A stretch of 64,000 nucleotides of DNA from a virus (IMGVR_UViG_3300021425_000027:5363-69362), one strand, 5' to 3'. Numbered from the stretch's first letter, positions 18,746 through 28,878 are shown. The notes: generated by a model from the letters alone, not told the origin. A program made the numbers and translations.

Positions 18746-19495
18746 ATGGAAACAACTATTAACAAAATTGACGGTTATGAATTAAGTTCATTCGTTCGCA
18801 AGCTATTACCAATTGACAAATTTATTTTTATGAAAATTTCAAAGGAAGGTACGGTATCTTCTGTTTATTTTCCTGAAAGAGATGCTGTTAAATTAGTCAA
18901 CACACCAACGACTGATATGTTTGATGCTGATATTGAAAACCCAGTTAAAGTAAGCTTTTATAACGGTACTAAAGTTATCGATGCATTAAGCCATTTTAAT
19001 GGAGATGTAAAGGGTCGCATTAAATATACAGAATATGAAGGTGAATACATGGCAAGTGATTTTATTTTAGAAAACGATGATCTTCAAATTAACCTTGCTT
19101 GTACTGATCCATCTCTTTCGTTCATGGAGATGAGCAAGGAAGAAACTGATAGAGCCTTTAATACAAATGAAAAAATGTTTGAATTTGATCTATTAACAAC
19201 GCATGTAGATAAAATGAAATCATTATTTAATTTGGATAAAGATGAGGATATCTTTACTTTGTACATTGGAGAAAAGGGCATTAATATTAAAGGTACATCA
19301 TATGATGCTACACTGTGCCACAGTTATGATTCTAATGTTGATGCTGGAGAAAAGGTTATAATTTACAAAAAATACATTAATCTTTTAGATAAAGAAAATT
19401 ACAAAGTAAGTGTATGTGGAAACAAGGTTGTATTCAAATCATTGGATACTAACACCCATCTTACCGTAGCAGTTGCAATTACTGATGAAGACTAA
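18746..19495 (+). CDS. Putative DNA sliding clamp (gp45/PCNA-like)
   Basis: Acidic 249-aa protein with a two-domain beta/alpha pattern, directly upstream of the polymerase C-terminal gene. Clamp-loader genes are present elsewhere in the window. Confidence 0.55.
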   Translation: METTINKIDGYELSSFVRKLLPIDKFIFMKISKEGTVSSVYFPERDAVKLVNTPTTDMFDADIENPVKVSFYNGTKVIDALSHFNGDVKGRIKYTEYEGEYMASDFILENDDLQINLACTDPSLSFMEMSKEETDRAFNTNEKMFEFDLLTTHVDKMKSLFNLDKDEDIFTLYIGEKGINIKGTSYDATLCHSYDSNVDAGEKVIIYKKYINLLDKENYKVSVCGNKVVFKSLDTNTHLTVAVAITDED

Positions 19496-19498
19496 TTA

Positions 19499-19528
19499 AT
19501 AGGGGCGCTTCGGCGCCCTTATACTTTT
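19499..19528 (+). terminator. GC-rich cUUCGg hairpin (terminator or regulatory stem)
   Basis: ataggggcgc-ttcg-gcgcccttat followed by actttt. Confidence 0.7.
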
Positions 19529-19554
19529 AATAAATCTAATACACAGAAATAATA

Positions 19555-20673
19555 ATGACAGAAGAATTACAAAACGTAAAAGAAGAGGCTTCAAAATATT
19601 ACAATTATGAGCAAGCCGTTAAGTTAATGCTTAACTCTATTTACGGTGCATTTGGTAATCCTTACTTTTATTTCTTTAATGTTGATATAGCAGAAACTAT
19701 TACTCTTCAAGGTAAAGATGCAATCTTATACACTGAGCAATTAATTAATAAGTACTTTAAGGAATTTTGGCATAAGGATTTGCCTGCTCATGCTGCTATG
19801 GGCATTACTGTAACTGGTAAAATTGAAAAACCTGTAGGTATTTACATTGATACAGATTCTGTTTATGTTAAATTTGATGAGGTAATTCAAAAGGCCGAAG
19901 GCTGGGATGGTGATGAAAAGGAATTTATACTTAAGCTCTACAAGGTTAGGCTAAATGATTACATTGAAAAGATTTTACAAAAATATGCTGATGATAATAA
20001 TGCAGAAAACTTCTTATCATTTGAGTTAGAAAGTATTGCTAAAAATGCAATATGGTTAGCCAAGAAAAAGTATATGCAAAATATTGTTTGGAAAGATCCA
20101 GATATTCATTATGACGACCTTTCTAAAATTAGTTCAAAAGGCTTTGAAATTATTCAATCATCAACTCCTATTTTTGCTAGAGAAAAACTCAAAGAATTGC
20201 TAACTTACATTTTTTCTGTTAAAGAATTAGATATGGGCGCCTTTGCATCTTTACTTAAAGATGTTAAAAGACAATTTAGATTAGCAAACGTTGACCAGAT
20301 AAGCTTTTCACGAAAGGTAAATAATTATCAAAAATATATTGTTAATGATTATGATGCATTTGAAATTGCATCAAAATGCCCAATTGGAGTAAGATCTGCA
20401 GGTTATCATAATTATCTTTTAAATAATTCAGGTCTTAAAGGAAAGTACCAACCATTAGGAAATGGTGAAAAATGTAAAATGTATTTTTCTGAAGACAAAT
20501 CATGTGATGTATTTGCATATGCACCTGGAGATTATCCGTATGAGTTTGCACCGAAAATAGATTATGATAGACAATTTGAAAAAACTATATTGGATCCAAT
20601 AAACCGGGTCGTGACAGCAATGGGATTTAAATCATTTAATAGAAATTTGATTTACACCACAAGCTTATTTTAA
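19555..20673 (+). CDS. Family B DNA polymerase, C-terminal subunit (motifs B and C, thumb); gp43B-like
   Basis: KLMLNSIYGAFGN, AETITLQG, YIDTDS, AKKKY, KGFE...SSTP and IDYDRQFEK. Ends in a clamp-binding-like TTSLF. Confidence 0.92.
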   Translation: MTEELQNVKEEASKYYNYEQAVKLMLNSIYGAFGNPYFYFFNVDIAETITLQGKDAILYTEQLINKYFKEFWHKDLPAHAAMGITVTGKIEKPVGIYIDTDSVYVKFDEVIQKAEGWDGDEKEFILKLYKVRLNDYIEKILQKYADDNNAENFLSFELESIAKNAIWLAKKKYMQNIVWKDPDIHYDDLSKISSKGFEIIQSSTPIFAREKLKELLTYIFSVKELDMGAFASLLKDVKRQFRLANVDQISFSRKVNNYQKYIVNDYDAFEIASKCPIGVRSAGYHNYLLNNSGLKGKYQPLGNGEKCKMYFSEDKSCDVFAYAPGDYPYEFAPKIDYDRQFEKTILDPINRVVTAMGFKSFNRNLIYTTSLF

Positions 20674-20688
20674 AAATAAAAAACATTT

Positions 20689-21852
20689 ATGAAAAACACT
20701 AATTTTAGAATTCACGTATTAGGACTTCCTCATACAATTACAAATGAAGATTTTGTTGCTTGTGCATATACGCAGAAGGCATGGAAATTTTGTAAAATGA
20801 TGGCGGGTAGAGGGCATCATATAATTCACTATGGTCATGAGGAATCAGATACTATGGCCGATGAAAATGTTACTGTCATAACAAACGAGGTTTGGGATAG
20901 GGTATACGGAACTCATGATTATAAAAGTAAATGGTTTACTTATGATGTAAATGACGAAGCTTATCAAACCTTTTACAAAAATGCTATTGAAGAAATTGGG
21001 AAGAGGAAACAGCCTAATGATATTATTTTACCTTTTTGGGGGAGTGGTGTAAGACCTATCTGTGATGCTCATAATGACTTACTGATTATTGAGCCAGGTA
21101 TAGGATATGCAGGTGGTCATTGGGCACCCTTTAAAATATTTGAATCTTATGCAATTTATCATGCATATTGCGGCTTACATAATGTAGGTACGTGTGCACA
21201 GAAGAACTATGATATAGTAATACCTAATTATTTTGATTTAGATCAATTCGAATATAAGGAAGAAAAGGAAGACTACTTTTTATTCTTAGGTAGAGTTTAT
21301 GTAGGAAAGGGTATTCATATAGCAATACAAGCATGTGAAGCGGCTGGTGTTAAATTAAAGGTTGCTGGTCAACTTGACCCTTCGTATGAAAACTATGAAT
21401 GGCCAGAACATGTTGAATTTGTAGGATATGCTGGCGTTGAGGAAAGAAAGGAATTAATGAAAAATGCAAAAGGTTCATTTCTTGCTTCACAATATTTAGA
21501 ACCTTTTGGCGGTGTTCAAATAGAAAATCTATTAGCAGGGACTCCAACTATTTCTTCTGATTGGGGAGCATTTACCGAAAATAACATTGAAGGCGTTACA
21601 GGATATCGGTGTAGAACATTTGAAGATTATGTGAGAGCAATTAATAATATTCAAAACGGTAAGATATCATCAAAGGATTGTAGAAAGCATGGTGAGAAAT
21701 TTTCATTAGAGGCAATTGCACCTATGTATGAAGACTTCTTTAGAAAAGTATCAGACATTACTAAGGGTGAAGGCTGGTATGAAATATGGGATGAGTCATT
21801 ATATTCTGAAGATTATCTTAATAGTAAAAAAAAACTAGCACCAAAGAAGTAA
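20689..21852 (+). CDS. GT4 (GT-B) glycosyltransferase
   Basis: FLFLGRV..GKG, EPFGGVQIE...GTP and GAFTENNIEGVTGYRC. Confidence 0.88.
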   Translation: MKNTNFRIHVLGLPHTITNEDFVACAYTQKAWKFCKMMAGRGHHIIHYGHEESDTMADENVTVITNEVWDRVYGTHDYKSKWFTYDVNDEAYQTFYKNAIEEIGKRKQPNDIILPFWGSGVRPICDAHNDLLIIEPGIGYAGGHWAPFKIFESYAIYHAYCGLHNVGTCAQKNYDIVIPNYFDLDQFEYKEEKEDYFLFLGRVYVGKGIHIAIQACEAAGVKLKVAGQLDPSYENYEWPEHVEFVGYAGVEERKELMKNAKGSFLASQYLEPFGGVQIENLLAGTPTISSDWGAFTENNIEGVTGYRCRTFEDYVRAINNIQNGKISSKDCRKHGEKFSLEAIAPMYEDFFRKVSDITKGEGWYEIWDESLYSEDYLNSKKKLAPKK

Positions 21853-22769
21853 ATAAAAAACCTAAGGTTGCCTTTTGGACAGAAGGTGGCTGGGCATTAG
21901 GTCTTATTTATAAATCTTTACAAAAACTACTTTCTCATAAATTTAATATAGATTTTTATGATTGGGGTAAGCCTGGAGATAATATAGAATTTTTTACTAA
22001 TGAAAAGTGGAAAGATTACGATATTATAGCAGGAAACTCTGCTCTTAATTGGATGGCAGAAGAAGCCGGTTGGATGAAGTCAACTCCACAAGAATTTTTA
22101 AATAAAATGGCTATAACAATATGGGCCAAGCCAAATCCTGATGACCCGCATTTTAATGTTAAATTAAAATACTATGATGGGCCAATTTTTTCTTCACCTA
22201 CACCTGAAATTGCAGAAAAGGTAAAATGCGATTTCGGTATAGATACAGATATTGTTAAGACTGGTAAAATACCAAGCATGTTTAAACCTATTAAAGAAGT
22301 TAAAAATATTAAAACTTTAGGTATGAATGGGCGGCCGTTTACTAATCCGCACTGGGATGCAGTTAAAAGACCAGAGCTTCTTAATGAAATTGCAGAACTT
22401 TCGGATTGTAAAACTGAATTTATTTGTAATAGTAAAGAAACTGGAAGTAGAATATACAAGGACATCGATATGTATGTCTGTACATCTGTGCATGATGCAG
22501 GGCCTGCTGGTATAGTAGAATGTGCATTTGGAAAAATCCCAGTTATCTCTACTCCAACTGGGTATGGTAATGTGATTAAGTCAATTAAAACTTTTGAAAC
22601 GGCAGAAGAAGCTGCTGCCATTATTAAGGAATTAAATAGTTCACCTGATCTTTTAGAAAAATATGTTAACGAGGTTTATGAAGAAGTTCTTAGAGAATAC
22701 GACATAACAAAAAATGCAATAGAGTATTGGATTCCTTTCTTTGAGAAAAGGTTAAATTTAAACAAATAA
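21828..22769 (+). CDS. Second GT-B glycosyltransferase domain, probably reached by frameshift from the upstream gene
   Basis: The -1 frame is open from the A9 run (21826-21834) with KVAFWTEGGWALGLIY and has no ATG until 22053. It contains DMYVCTS..DAGP..IVE...GKIPVISTPTG. Confidence 0.65.
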   Translation, partial: KKTSTKEVNKKPKVAFWTEGGWALGLIYKSLQKLLSHKFNIDFYDWGKPGDNIEFFTNEKWKDYDIIAGNSALNWMAEEAGWMKSTPQEFLNKMAITIWAKPNPDDPHFNVKLKYYDGPIFSSPTPEIAEKVKCDFGIDTDIVKTGKIPSMFKPIKEVKNIKTLGMNGRPFTNPHWDAVKRPELLNEIAELSDCKTEFICNSKETGSRIYKDIDMYVCTSVHDAGPAGIVECAFGKIPVISTPTGYGNVIKSIKTFETAEEAAAIIKELNSSPDLLEKYVNEVYEEVLREYDITKNAIEYWIPFFEKRLNLNK

Positions 22770-22793
22770 ACAAACCTCATATCATCTATATAA
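22768..22793 (+). promoter_or_regulatory. Class B phage promoter AAAC-N16-ATATAA
   Basis: Exact 16-nt spacer upstream of uvsX. Confidence 0.6.
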
Positions 22794-22812
22794 TAATAAA
22801 ATAAAACTTAAT

Positions 22813-24009
22813 ATGGCAAAAGAATTTTCATTCGCAGATTTAAACAAAGAAATGTCAAAACACTCTACATACGGAGAGACATTAGACAAATCTACTATTT
22901 CAGAAATAGATCATTATATTCCAACAGGAAATTTTCATCTTAATGCATGCTTAACAGGTTCTCTGTTTGGTGGTTACCCTAACAACAGAGCAGTTGCATT
23001 AGCAGGCCCTTCCGGTACTGGTAAAACTTATCTTATTCTTAATGCAATTAAACAGGCGCAAGCACAAGGCTACAGTATCGTATTTTATGATTCAGAAAAT
23101 GCTGTAGATAAAACATTAGTTGAAAAGTTTGGTATTGATCCAACAAAATTCCGCTATGAGCCATGTAATACTGTTCAAGAATTTAGAACTTCGGTAACTG
23201 CAATTACTGATGTACTAATTGAACAGAAGGCAAAAGGTATTACTTTACCTAAAATTATGGTAGTTTTAGATTCTGCAGGTAATTTAGCAACACAGAAAGA
23301 AATCGATGATGCTAAAACTGGAAGTAGTAAAGCTGATATGACAAGAGCTAAATTGCTAAAATCTACATTCAGAATTATTATGACACAATTTGGTATCTGC
23401 AAAATACCTTTCTTATTTACTAACCATACCTACCAAACGCAAGATTTGTTTTCAAGACAAGTTGGTGGGGGTGGAACTGGCCCTGAATATGCTGCATCCA
23501 TTATCCTATTTTTAGGTAAAGCAAAACTTAAAGAAGGTATTGAACAAACCGGTATTATTGTAACTGCAAAACCTAATAAAAACAGATTTGCAAAACCAAC
23601 AAATATTAAATTTCATATTTCCTTTAATAAAGGTATGAATCCTTACATCGGATTAGAAGAATATATTAGTTGGGATACATGTGGTATCGAAAGAGGAAGG
23701 TTTATTAATGCAAATGCATATAACAAATTAACTGATCCTGGTAAGGCTGAATGCAGAGAACATACTTATGAAAAAGAAGGTAAAGAAGTAACAGTGTATT
23801 TCCAACCTGCTGCAACTGCTCGTAAAATTTGTGTAGCTCATCTTAATGATACAGTAGATCTTAATCAACTATTTACTCCTACTGTTATGACTGATAGTGT
23901 ACTTAAGAAGTTGGAACCTATTGTTTCTGCTAAATTTAAGTACGGTGAAGAAATTGATGTTGAAGATTTAACTGAAATGCTAGAAGGTGATGCTGAAGAA
24001 AAATCTTAA
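22813..24009 (+). CDS. uvsX: RecA/UvsX recombinase
   Basis: AGPSGTGKT, YDSE, VVLDSAGNL, ADMTRA, TNHTY and GGGGTGPEYAAS. Confidence 0.93.
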   Translation: MAKEFSFADLNKEMSKHSTYGETLDKSTISEIDHYIPTGNFHLNACLTGSLFGGYPNNRAVALAGPSGTGKTYLILNAIKQAQAQGYSIVFYDSENAVDKTLVEKFGIDPTKFRYEPCNTVQEFRTSVTAITDVLIEQKAKGITLPKIMVVLDSAGNLATQKEIDDAKTGSSKADMTRAKLLKSTFRIIMTQFGICKIPFLFTNHTYQTQDLFSRQVGGGGTGPEYAASIILFLGKAKLKEGIEQTGIIVTAKPNKNRFAKPTNIKFHISFNKGMNPYIGLEEYISWDTCGIERGRFINANAYNKLTDPGKAECREHTYEKEGKEVTVYFQPAATARKICVAHLNDTVDLNQLFTPTVMTDSVLKKLEPIVSAKFKYGEEIDVEDLTEMLEGDAEEKS

Positions 24010-24289
24010 TACCGCAAAACTTAAAGTAAAGCACGTACTAGGAAATCATACATCATTACCAAACTATCCTGATGCTGAGGATATTACTTATGAGCTAATT
24101 CGTGATTATTGTGGTAAAGTAGCAAAAGAGATTAAATTTACTAATGTTTCTTTACAAAAAAAGTACAGCCTTTCGGATGAGAAGACTAATGAAATAATTA
24201 TGCAGCTCAGAAATAGTAAAGTAATTAAAGTATCATTATCTAATTCTGCTTACACTACTTACGAAGTTATTAAAAACCCTTACGAATAA
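23990..24289 (+). CDS. Hypothetical protein (possible winged helix)
   Basis: ORF coupled to uvsX with a helix-turn-helix plus beta-hairpin-like C-terminus. Confidence 0.55.
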   Translation: MLKKNLNTAKLKVKHVLGNHTSLPNYPDAEDITYELIRDYCGKVAKEIKFTNVSLQKKYSLSDEKTNEIIMQLRNSKVIKVSLSNSAYTTYEVIKNPYE

Positions 24290-24313
24290 ACTATTAAGGT
24301 TTATTCCATATAA
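24288..24313 (+). promoter_or_regulatory. Class B phage promoter AAAC-N16-ATATAA
   Basis: Exact 16-nt spacer upstream of the helicase gene. Confidence 0.6.
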
Positions 24314-24324
24314 AAATAAACAAT

Positions 24325-25608
24325 ATGAAATCCAGTACAGATCACGAAAAGATATTTTTTAATTATTTTCTAAAGAAGCCACATTATCTAAAAAGTACTG
24401 GCCCTGGTTTTTTCTCTAACAGTGATTTAGATCATATAGCTAAGTTATCTAAAAAGTTTTATACAGATTTTGGTGAAAGCCCATCAAGAGAGCAAATGAA
24501 AGCTCTTATCAAGGATGATCCTAATGAAATACCAGAAAACATTGTATCAAGTATTTATGATATTAACATAAATGAATATGATCAAGACTGGTTAAAGAGA
24601 ACAGGTGAAGCTTGGGTAAAGTGGAAACATTTTGATAAGCAATTAATTAGAACCATTGAATATGTAAAAACACAAGACGTTTCGCCTGAAAATGTTGAAG
24701 ATGTTGTTACACGTGCTATTGGTATGATCTCTACCGACGGTTCTCTTAATTTTGATACTGATATAGGTTTGGACTTTTTTAAACCAGAAGATCATATACA
24801 GAGAACTTCAAAAAAGATAGAAACTGGGTGGACGTTTATTGATAATGTTTCAGGTGGAGGTTATGATACTAAATCTCTTATTGTTTATGCAGGTGAACAA
24901 AACATTGGTAAATCAATATGGTTAGCAAACGATGCGGCTAACTTTGTTAGGATGGGTCATAATGTTGTTTTTATTACCGCAGAGATGTCAGCACAAAAGG
25001 TTCTTAAAAGAATAGGTTCAAACTTATTAAGCATCCCAATGCCGCAATATGACGAGAAGACTGGTAATAGGGATTTTATGAAAAGAAAATTAGAAAGGAT
25101 ATCTCGAGGCCTATTACCACCAGGTAAGCTTTTTGTAAAAGAAATGCCAACTTCACAAGGTACTGTTTTAGATATAGAAGCTTATTTAAAGGATTTGGAA
25201 GAAGCCCAAGATCATAAAGTAAATGTATTAGTTGTTGATTACATTAACATTCTTGCAAATTACAGGAATCCTAATACGGAAAATACTTATATGAAAATTA
25301 AGCAGATTGCCGAAGATCTTCGTGCGTTAGCGGTTAAGAGAGATATGTTGGTTATTTCAGCAACTCAAATTAATCGTGGTGCGTGGGATGCAACTGAAGT
25401 AAGAATGGAAAACATTGCAGAATCTGCAGGTCTTGCGCATACAGCAGATGTTATGTATGCTCTTATTCAAGATTCAATGATGCATGCAAATCGTGAATAT
25501 TGGTTAAAGGTATTAAAAATTAGAGATGGGCAAGGTAAAGGTACTCGATGTAGGTTTAATATTGATTATGAACACATGAGACTTACTGAAACTGATGACA
25601 TAAATTAA
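24325..25608 (+). CDS. Replicative DnaB-like helicase (gp41-like)
   Basis: AGEQNIGKS, FITAEMS, VVDYIN, IAEDLRALA, SATQINR, IAESAGL..TAD and LKIR. Confidence 0.93.
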   Translation: MKSSTDHEKIFFNYFLKKPHYLKSTGPGFFSNSDLDHIAKLSKKFYTDFGESPSREQMKALIKDDPNEIPENIVSSIYDININEYDQDWLKRTGEAWVKWKHFDKQLIRTIEYVKTQDVSPENVEDVVTRAIGMISTDGSLNFDTDIGLDFFKPEDHIQRTSKKIETGWTFIDNVSGGGYDTKSLIVYAGEQNIGKSIWLANDAANFVRMGHNVVFITAEMSAQKVLKRIGSNLLSIPMPQYDEKTGNRDFMKRKLERISRGLLPPGKLFVKEMPTSQGTVLDIEAYLKDLEEAQDHKVNVLVVDYINILANYRNPNTENTYMKIKQIAEDLRALAVKRDMLVISATQINRGAWDATEVRMENIAESAGLAHTADVMYALIQDSMMHANREYWLKVLKIRDGQGKGTRCRFNIDYEHMRLTETDDIN

Positions 25609-25628
25609 AAATAGAAAAACAAAATATT

Positions 25629-26126
25629 ATGTGGGGTAAAAAGAAAAAACCAAAATTAGATGAGAATGGTAATGAAATCAAACCAACATTAGCAGACAAA
25701 GATAAAATCTTTAATAATACCTATGGTGAGCAAGATATAACTGAAAATAAAGTTAACTTTACAGTCTCTTCTTCATATTTGGATAACATGGATCCAGATG
25801 ATAAAATGCATTATGAGCTTTTAATTAAAAAAATTGATCAGATTATTAAAGGCAGTGAGTATGAACATTTAAATGAAGCAACGCCTGATGGTGTTATTAA
25901 AAAATTAAACAAGGTACAAATTAATCGGGTTTACTCTCATATTATAGAAAAGATAGGTGATGGGTATACAAGGGTAGATTTATTTAGTGTTATATCAGAT
26001 TATTTTGATGTATTCCCTAATAAGTTTTACAATTCACTTTCTAATAAATTTAAGGATGAACTTATTAAAGAGTTGGATGATAAGTATAATATCCTAGAAA
26101 AAAGAAAAATCAGAAAATTATTTTAA
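25629..26126 (+). CDS. Hypothetical protein (C-terminus weakly reminiscent of late coactivator gp33)
   Basis: Clean ORF. The C-terminal FYNSLSNKFKDELIKEL...NIL...KLF helix pattern is only suggestive. Confidence 0.5.
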   Translation: MWGKKKKPKLDENGNEIKPTLADKDKIFNNTYGEQDITENKVNFTVSSSYLDNMDPDDKMHYELLIKKIDQIIKGSEYEHLNEATPDGVIKKLNKVQINRVYSHIIEKIGDGYTRVDLFSVISDYFDVFPNKFYNSLSNKFKDELIKELDDKYNILEKRKIRKLF

Positions 26127-26127
26127 C

Positions 26128-27213
26128 ATGGCAAGAATTTGGATGGTTAGCGATTCTCACTTAGGGTGTAGATCAAATTCTGTTTTATGGCTTAATATTA
26201 TTGAAGATTATTTCTTTAACTTTTTTATCCCTTTAGTTAAAAAGGAATATAAAGAAGGTGATGTTCTTTATCATTTAGGAGACGTTTTTGATAATCGCCA
26301 AAGTATTAATCTAGCGGCGCAAGATTTAGGTATTAGAGTTTTTGAAGAGCTTTCTAAAATATTTCCGGATATTCATATTATTGTAGGTAATCATGATATT
26401 ATGAGAAAGAACTCTAATGACATCGCATCTGTAGATTGTCTCAAGTATATTCCTAATGTTACTGTACATAAAGAACCTAAGATTTTGCAATATGGTGATA
26501 CTAAATGTTTACTTATGCCATGGCGCAGAGATCATAAACATGAAAAGGAAACATTAGATTCAATAAATGAAAATATTGATTATATGTTTTGTCATACCGA
26601 AACTAGAGGTGTCCAAACAAGCCCAAGTACAAAACATTTACACGAAGGAGGTAATGATGTATCAACGTTTAAAAGATTTAAGAGGGTTTACTCTGGTCAC
26701 ATTCACTATAGACAAGATAAACAAAATTTTGTTTTGGTTGGTAATCCATACCAAATGACAAGATCTGATAGAGGTAATCAGAAAGGTATATACTTACTAG
26801 ATTTAGAAAATGGAAAGCATCAATTCTTTATGAATAAAAGGAGTCCTGAATTTATAAGGTATTATATTAATGATATCTTAGAGATGCGTATGGAGGATAT
26901 AAAGAAAGAAATAAAGGATAATTTTGTAGATGTATTCATCCCTTCAAATATACTAGGAAAGTATAATATTAATATGTTCATGGATTATTTGGATGGGATT
27001 GCCAGAAAATTAGAACCTAGAATTTATGATGAAGAAAATCCTTATGATAGAGAAGATGGAGAAATGTCTGATTTTAATGGAGAACTTAATCTAATGAACA
27101 TAGCAGCTGAATATATTAATTCTTTGGATTATGAAGAAGACTTAAAGGACAGACTTAAGACTTCTGTTCAAGAACTATATAAAAGAACCTTATCCCCGAA
27201 TCATGAAGATTAG
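26128..27213 (+). CDS. Mre11/SbcD-like recombination nuclease (gp47)
   Basis: SDSHLG, LGDVFDNR, VGNHD and SGHIH. Confidence 0.92.
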   Translation: MARIWMVSDSHLGCRSNSVLWLNIIEDYFFNFFIPLVKKEYKEGDVLYHLGDVFDNRQSINLAAQDLGIRVFEELSKIFPDIHIIVGNHDIMRKNSNDIASVDCLKYIPNVTVHKEPKILQYGDTKCLLMPWRRDHKHEKETLDSINENIDYMFCHTETRGVQTSPSTKHLHEGGNDVSTFKRFKRVYSGHIHYRQDKQNFVLVGNPYQMTRSDRGNQKGIYLLDLENGKHQFFMNKRSPEFIRYYINDILEMRMEDIKKEIKDNFVDVFIPSNILGKYNINMFMDYLDGIARKLEPRIYDEENPYDREDGEMSDFNGELNLMNIAAEYINSLDYEEDLKDRLKTSVQELYKRTLSPNHED

Positions 27214-28873
27214 AAAATTAGAGTTTAAGAACTTTGCAAGCTACGGAAATCGTACCCAAGTAATAGAATTCGATAAAGACAAAAGTGATCTTTATTTAGT
27301 TCTAGGTGGAAACGGGGCAGGCAAAAGCACGTTAGCAAAAGTTATAACCTATCTATGTTATGGAAAGGTCGAAGGGGCAAATCTTAAGGATTTACCTAAT
27401 AGAGTAAATGGCGCTCTTTGGGGTAAAATTTGGATGGAGTCTAAAAATAATTCTATTGAAATTGAAAGAGGTATTAATCCAGGCATATTTAATGTAAAAA
27501 TTAATGGCTCCGAATATGATGTTGCAGGTAAGAGTAATTTACAGGATTTTTTAGAAACTGAGATATATGAAATACCTTATCATGTATTTAAGAATGTAAT
27601 TATTTTATCAGTTAATGACTTTAAGTCATTTATAACTATGTCGCCTTACGACAAGAAAAGAATTATTGATAAGATCTTTGGTTTTTCTATTATCAATGAA
27701 ATGGCTGAATCTGTTAAAGAAAAGAGGAGATCTATAATTGAGGAAATTAAAACATATGAAGATGAAATACGTACTCTTAATGAATCTATAGAATCGGTTA
27801 TTGAAAAAATTCAACAGTTTGAAAAGGTAAGTAAATCTAAAGATGCTGAAAAGATTAAGTTACTTAAAGAGAAATTGGTAGTATTAAACGAAAATAGAAA
27901 AAAGCTAAAAGACTTAACAGCAACAACAAAAATAAATCTTGAAAAATTAGACGAGGATTCTAGGAAAAAGAATAACCAAAAATCTTCGCTGAATAATAAG
28001 ATTAATACAGTTAAGAAGGAGTTGAAGCTTTATGAAAATAATGCATGCCCTACATGTACAGCCCCTCTTAACTCCGATTTTCATTTAGATATTAAAAAAG
28101 AAAAGGAAGAAAAATTAGATTCTTTATTTACTGAATGGAATCAAATAAAGGCAGATGCTGAAAAGTCTGAAGCTGATTTGGCAGACTTAAGACAAAAGGG
28201 TAGAAAGATTCATGTTAAGGTAGGGCAATTGGAAACTCAAATGGAAGCCATTAAAGATAAGCTGATTGAGATATCCGAAAAGGATGAATCAGATTCGTCT
28301 ACTAATTTAAAACAGTTAGTTAAAGATTTTAAATCACGAAAAGATGAAAAGTCTTCAGGTAAACTAAAAAGTGAAGGTCAAGATTATTATTTAACTATCT
28401 TAGAAAATATTATGGGTGAAGATGGTATAAAGAATTTGGCAGTAAGATCTATTCTTCCATCTTTTAATAATCATATTTTGTTAATGGGTCGTGAAATGGG
28501 TATTCCTTTTGGTATTAGATTTAATGAAAAGTTTTATTGCACTCTTCATCACCTAGGAACCGAGATCAGTCCTAAGACATTATCTACAGGTGAAAAGAAA
28601 AAAGTAGACTTTGTTATTATCATGGCATTAATGAAAATGATTAAAGTTAGGTTCCCATCTCTTAATATTTTATTCTTGGATGAAATCTTCTCTTCTATTG
28701 ACTCGGATGGTGTACATCATATAATTAATATACTCCACAATACAATACAAGATATAGGCCTTAATACCTTTGTTATCAATCATACAGTATTACCAAGTGA
28801 ATATTTTGACAAAAAGATTGAAATTACCAAAGACGCAGGCTTTAGCGAATTTAAAATTGAAACCATTGGATAA
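27203..28873 (+). CDS. Rad50/SbcC-like ATPase (gp46)
   Basis: KNFASYGN, GGNGAGKST, a coiled coil with a CPTC hook, LSTGE and FLDEIF. Confidence 0.93.
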   Translation: MKIRKLEFKNFASYGNRTQVIEFDKDKSDLYLVLGGNGAGKSTLAKVITYLCYGKVEGANLKDLPNRVNGALWGKIWMESKNNSIEIERGINPGIFNVKINGSEYDVAGKSNLQDFLETEIYEIPYHVFKNVIILSVNDFKSFITMSPYDKKRIIDKIFGFSIINEMAESVKEKRRSIIEEIKTYEDEIRTLNESIESVIEKIQQFEKVSKSKDAEKIKLLKEKLVVLNENRKKLKDLTATTKINLEKLDEDSRKKNNQKSSLNNKINTVKKELKLYENNACPTCTAPLNSDFHLDIKKEKEEKLDSLFTEWNQIKADAEKSEADLADLRQKGRKIHVKVGQLETQMEAIKDKLIEISEKDESDSSTNLKQLVKDFKSRKDEKSSGKLKSEGQDYYLTILENIMGEDGIKNLAVRSILPSFNNHILLMGREMGIPFGIRFNEKFYCTLHHLGTEISPKTLSTGEKKKVDFVIIMALMKMIKVRFPSLNILFLDEIFSSIDSDGVHHIINILHNTIQDIGLNTFVINHTVLPSEYFDKKIEITKDAGFSEFKIETIG

Positions 28874-28878
28874 ATAAA
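28869..28878 (+). promoter_or_regulatory. Late-type promoter GATAAATAAA
   Basis: Variant of the RATAWATAA motif at the start of the structural block. Confidence 0.45.

Noticed and set aside
2694-19554. Possibility that the polymerase halves are joined by an intron or split intein
   Set aside because: No intein N- or C-terminal motifs or group I/II intron structures at either end; the intervening DNA is ordinary genes.
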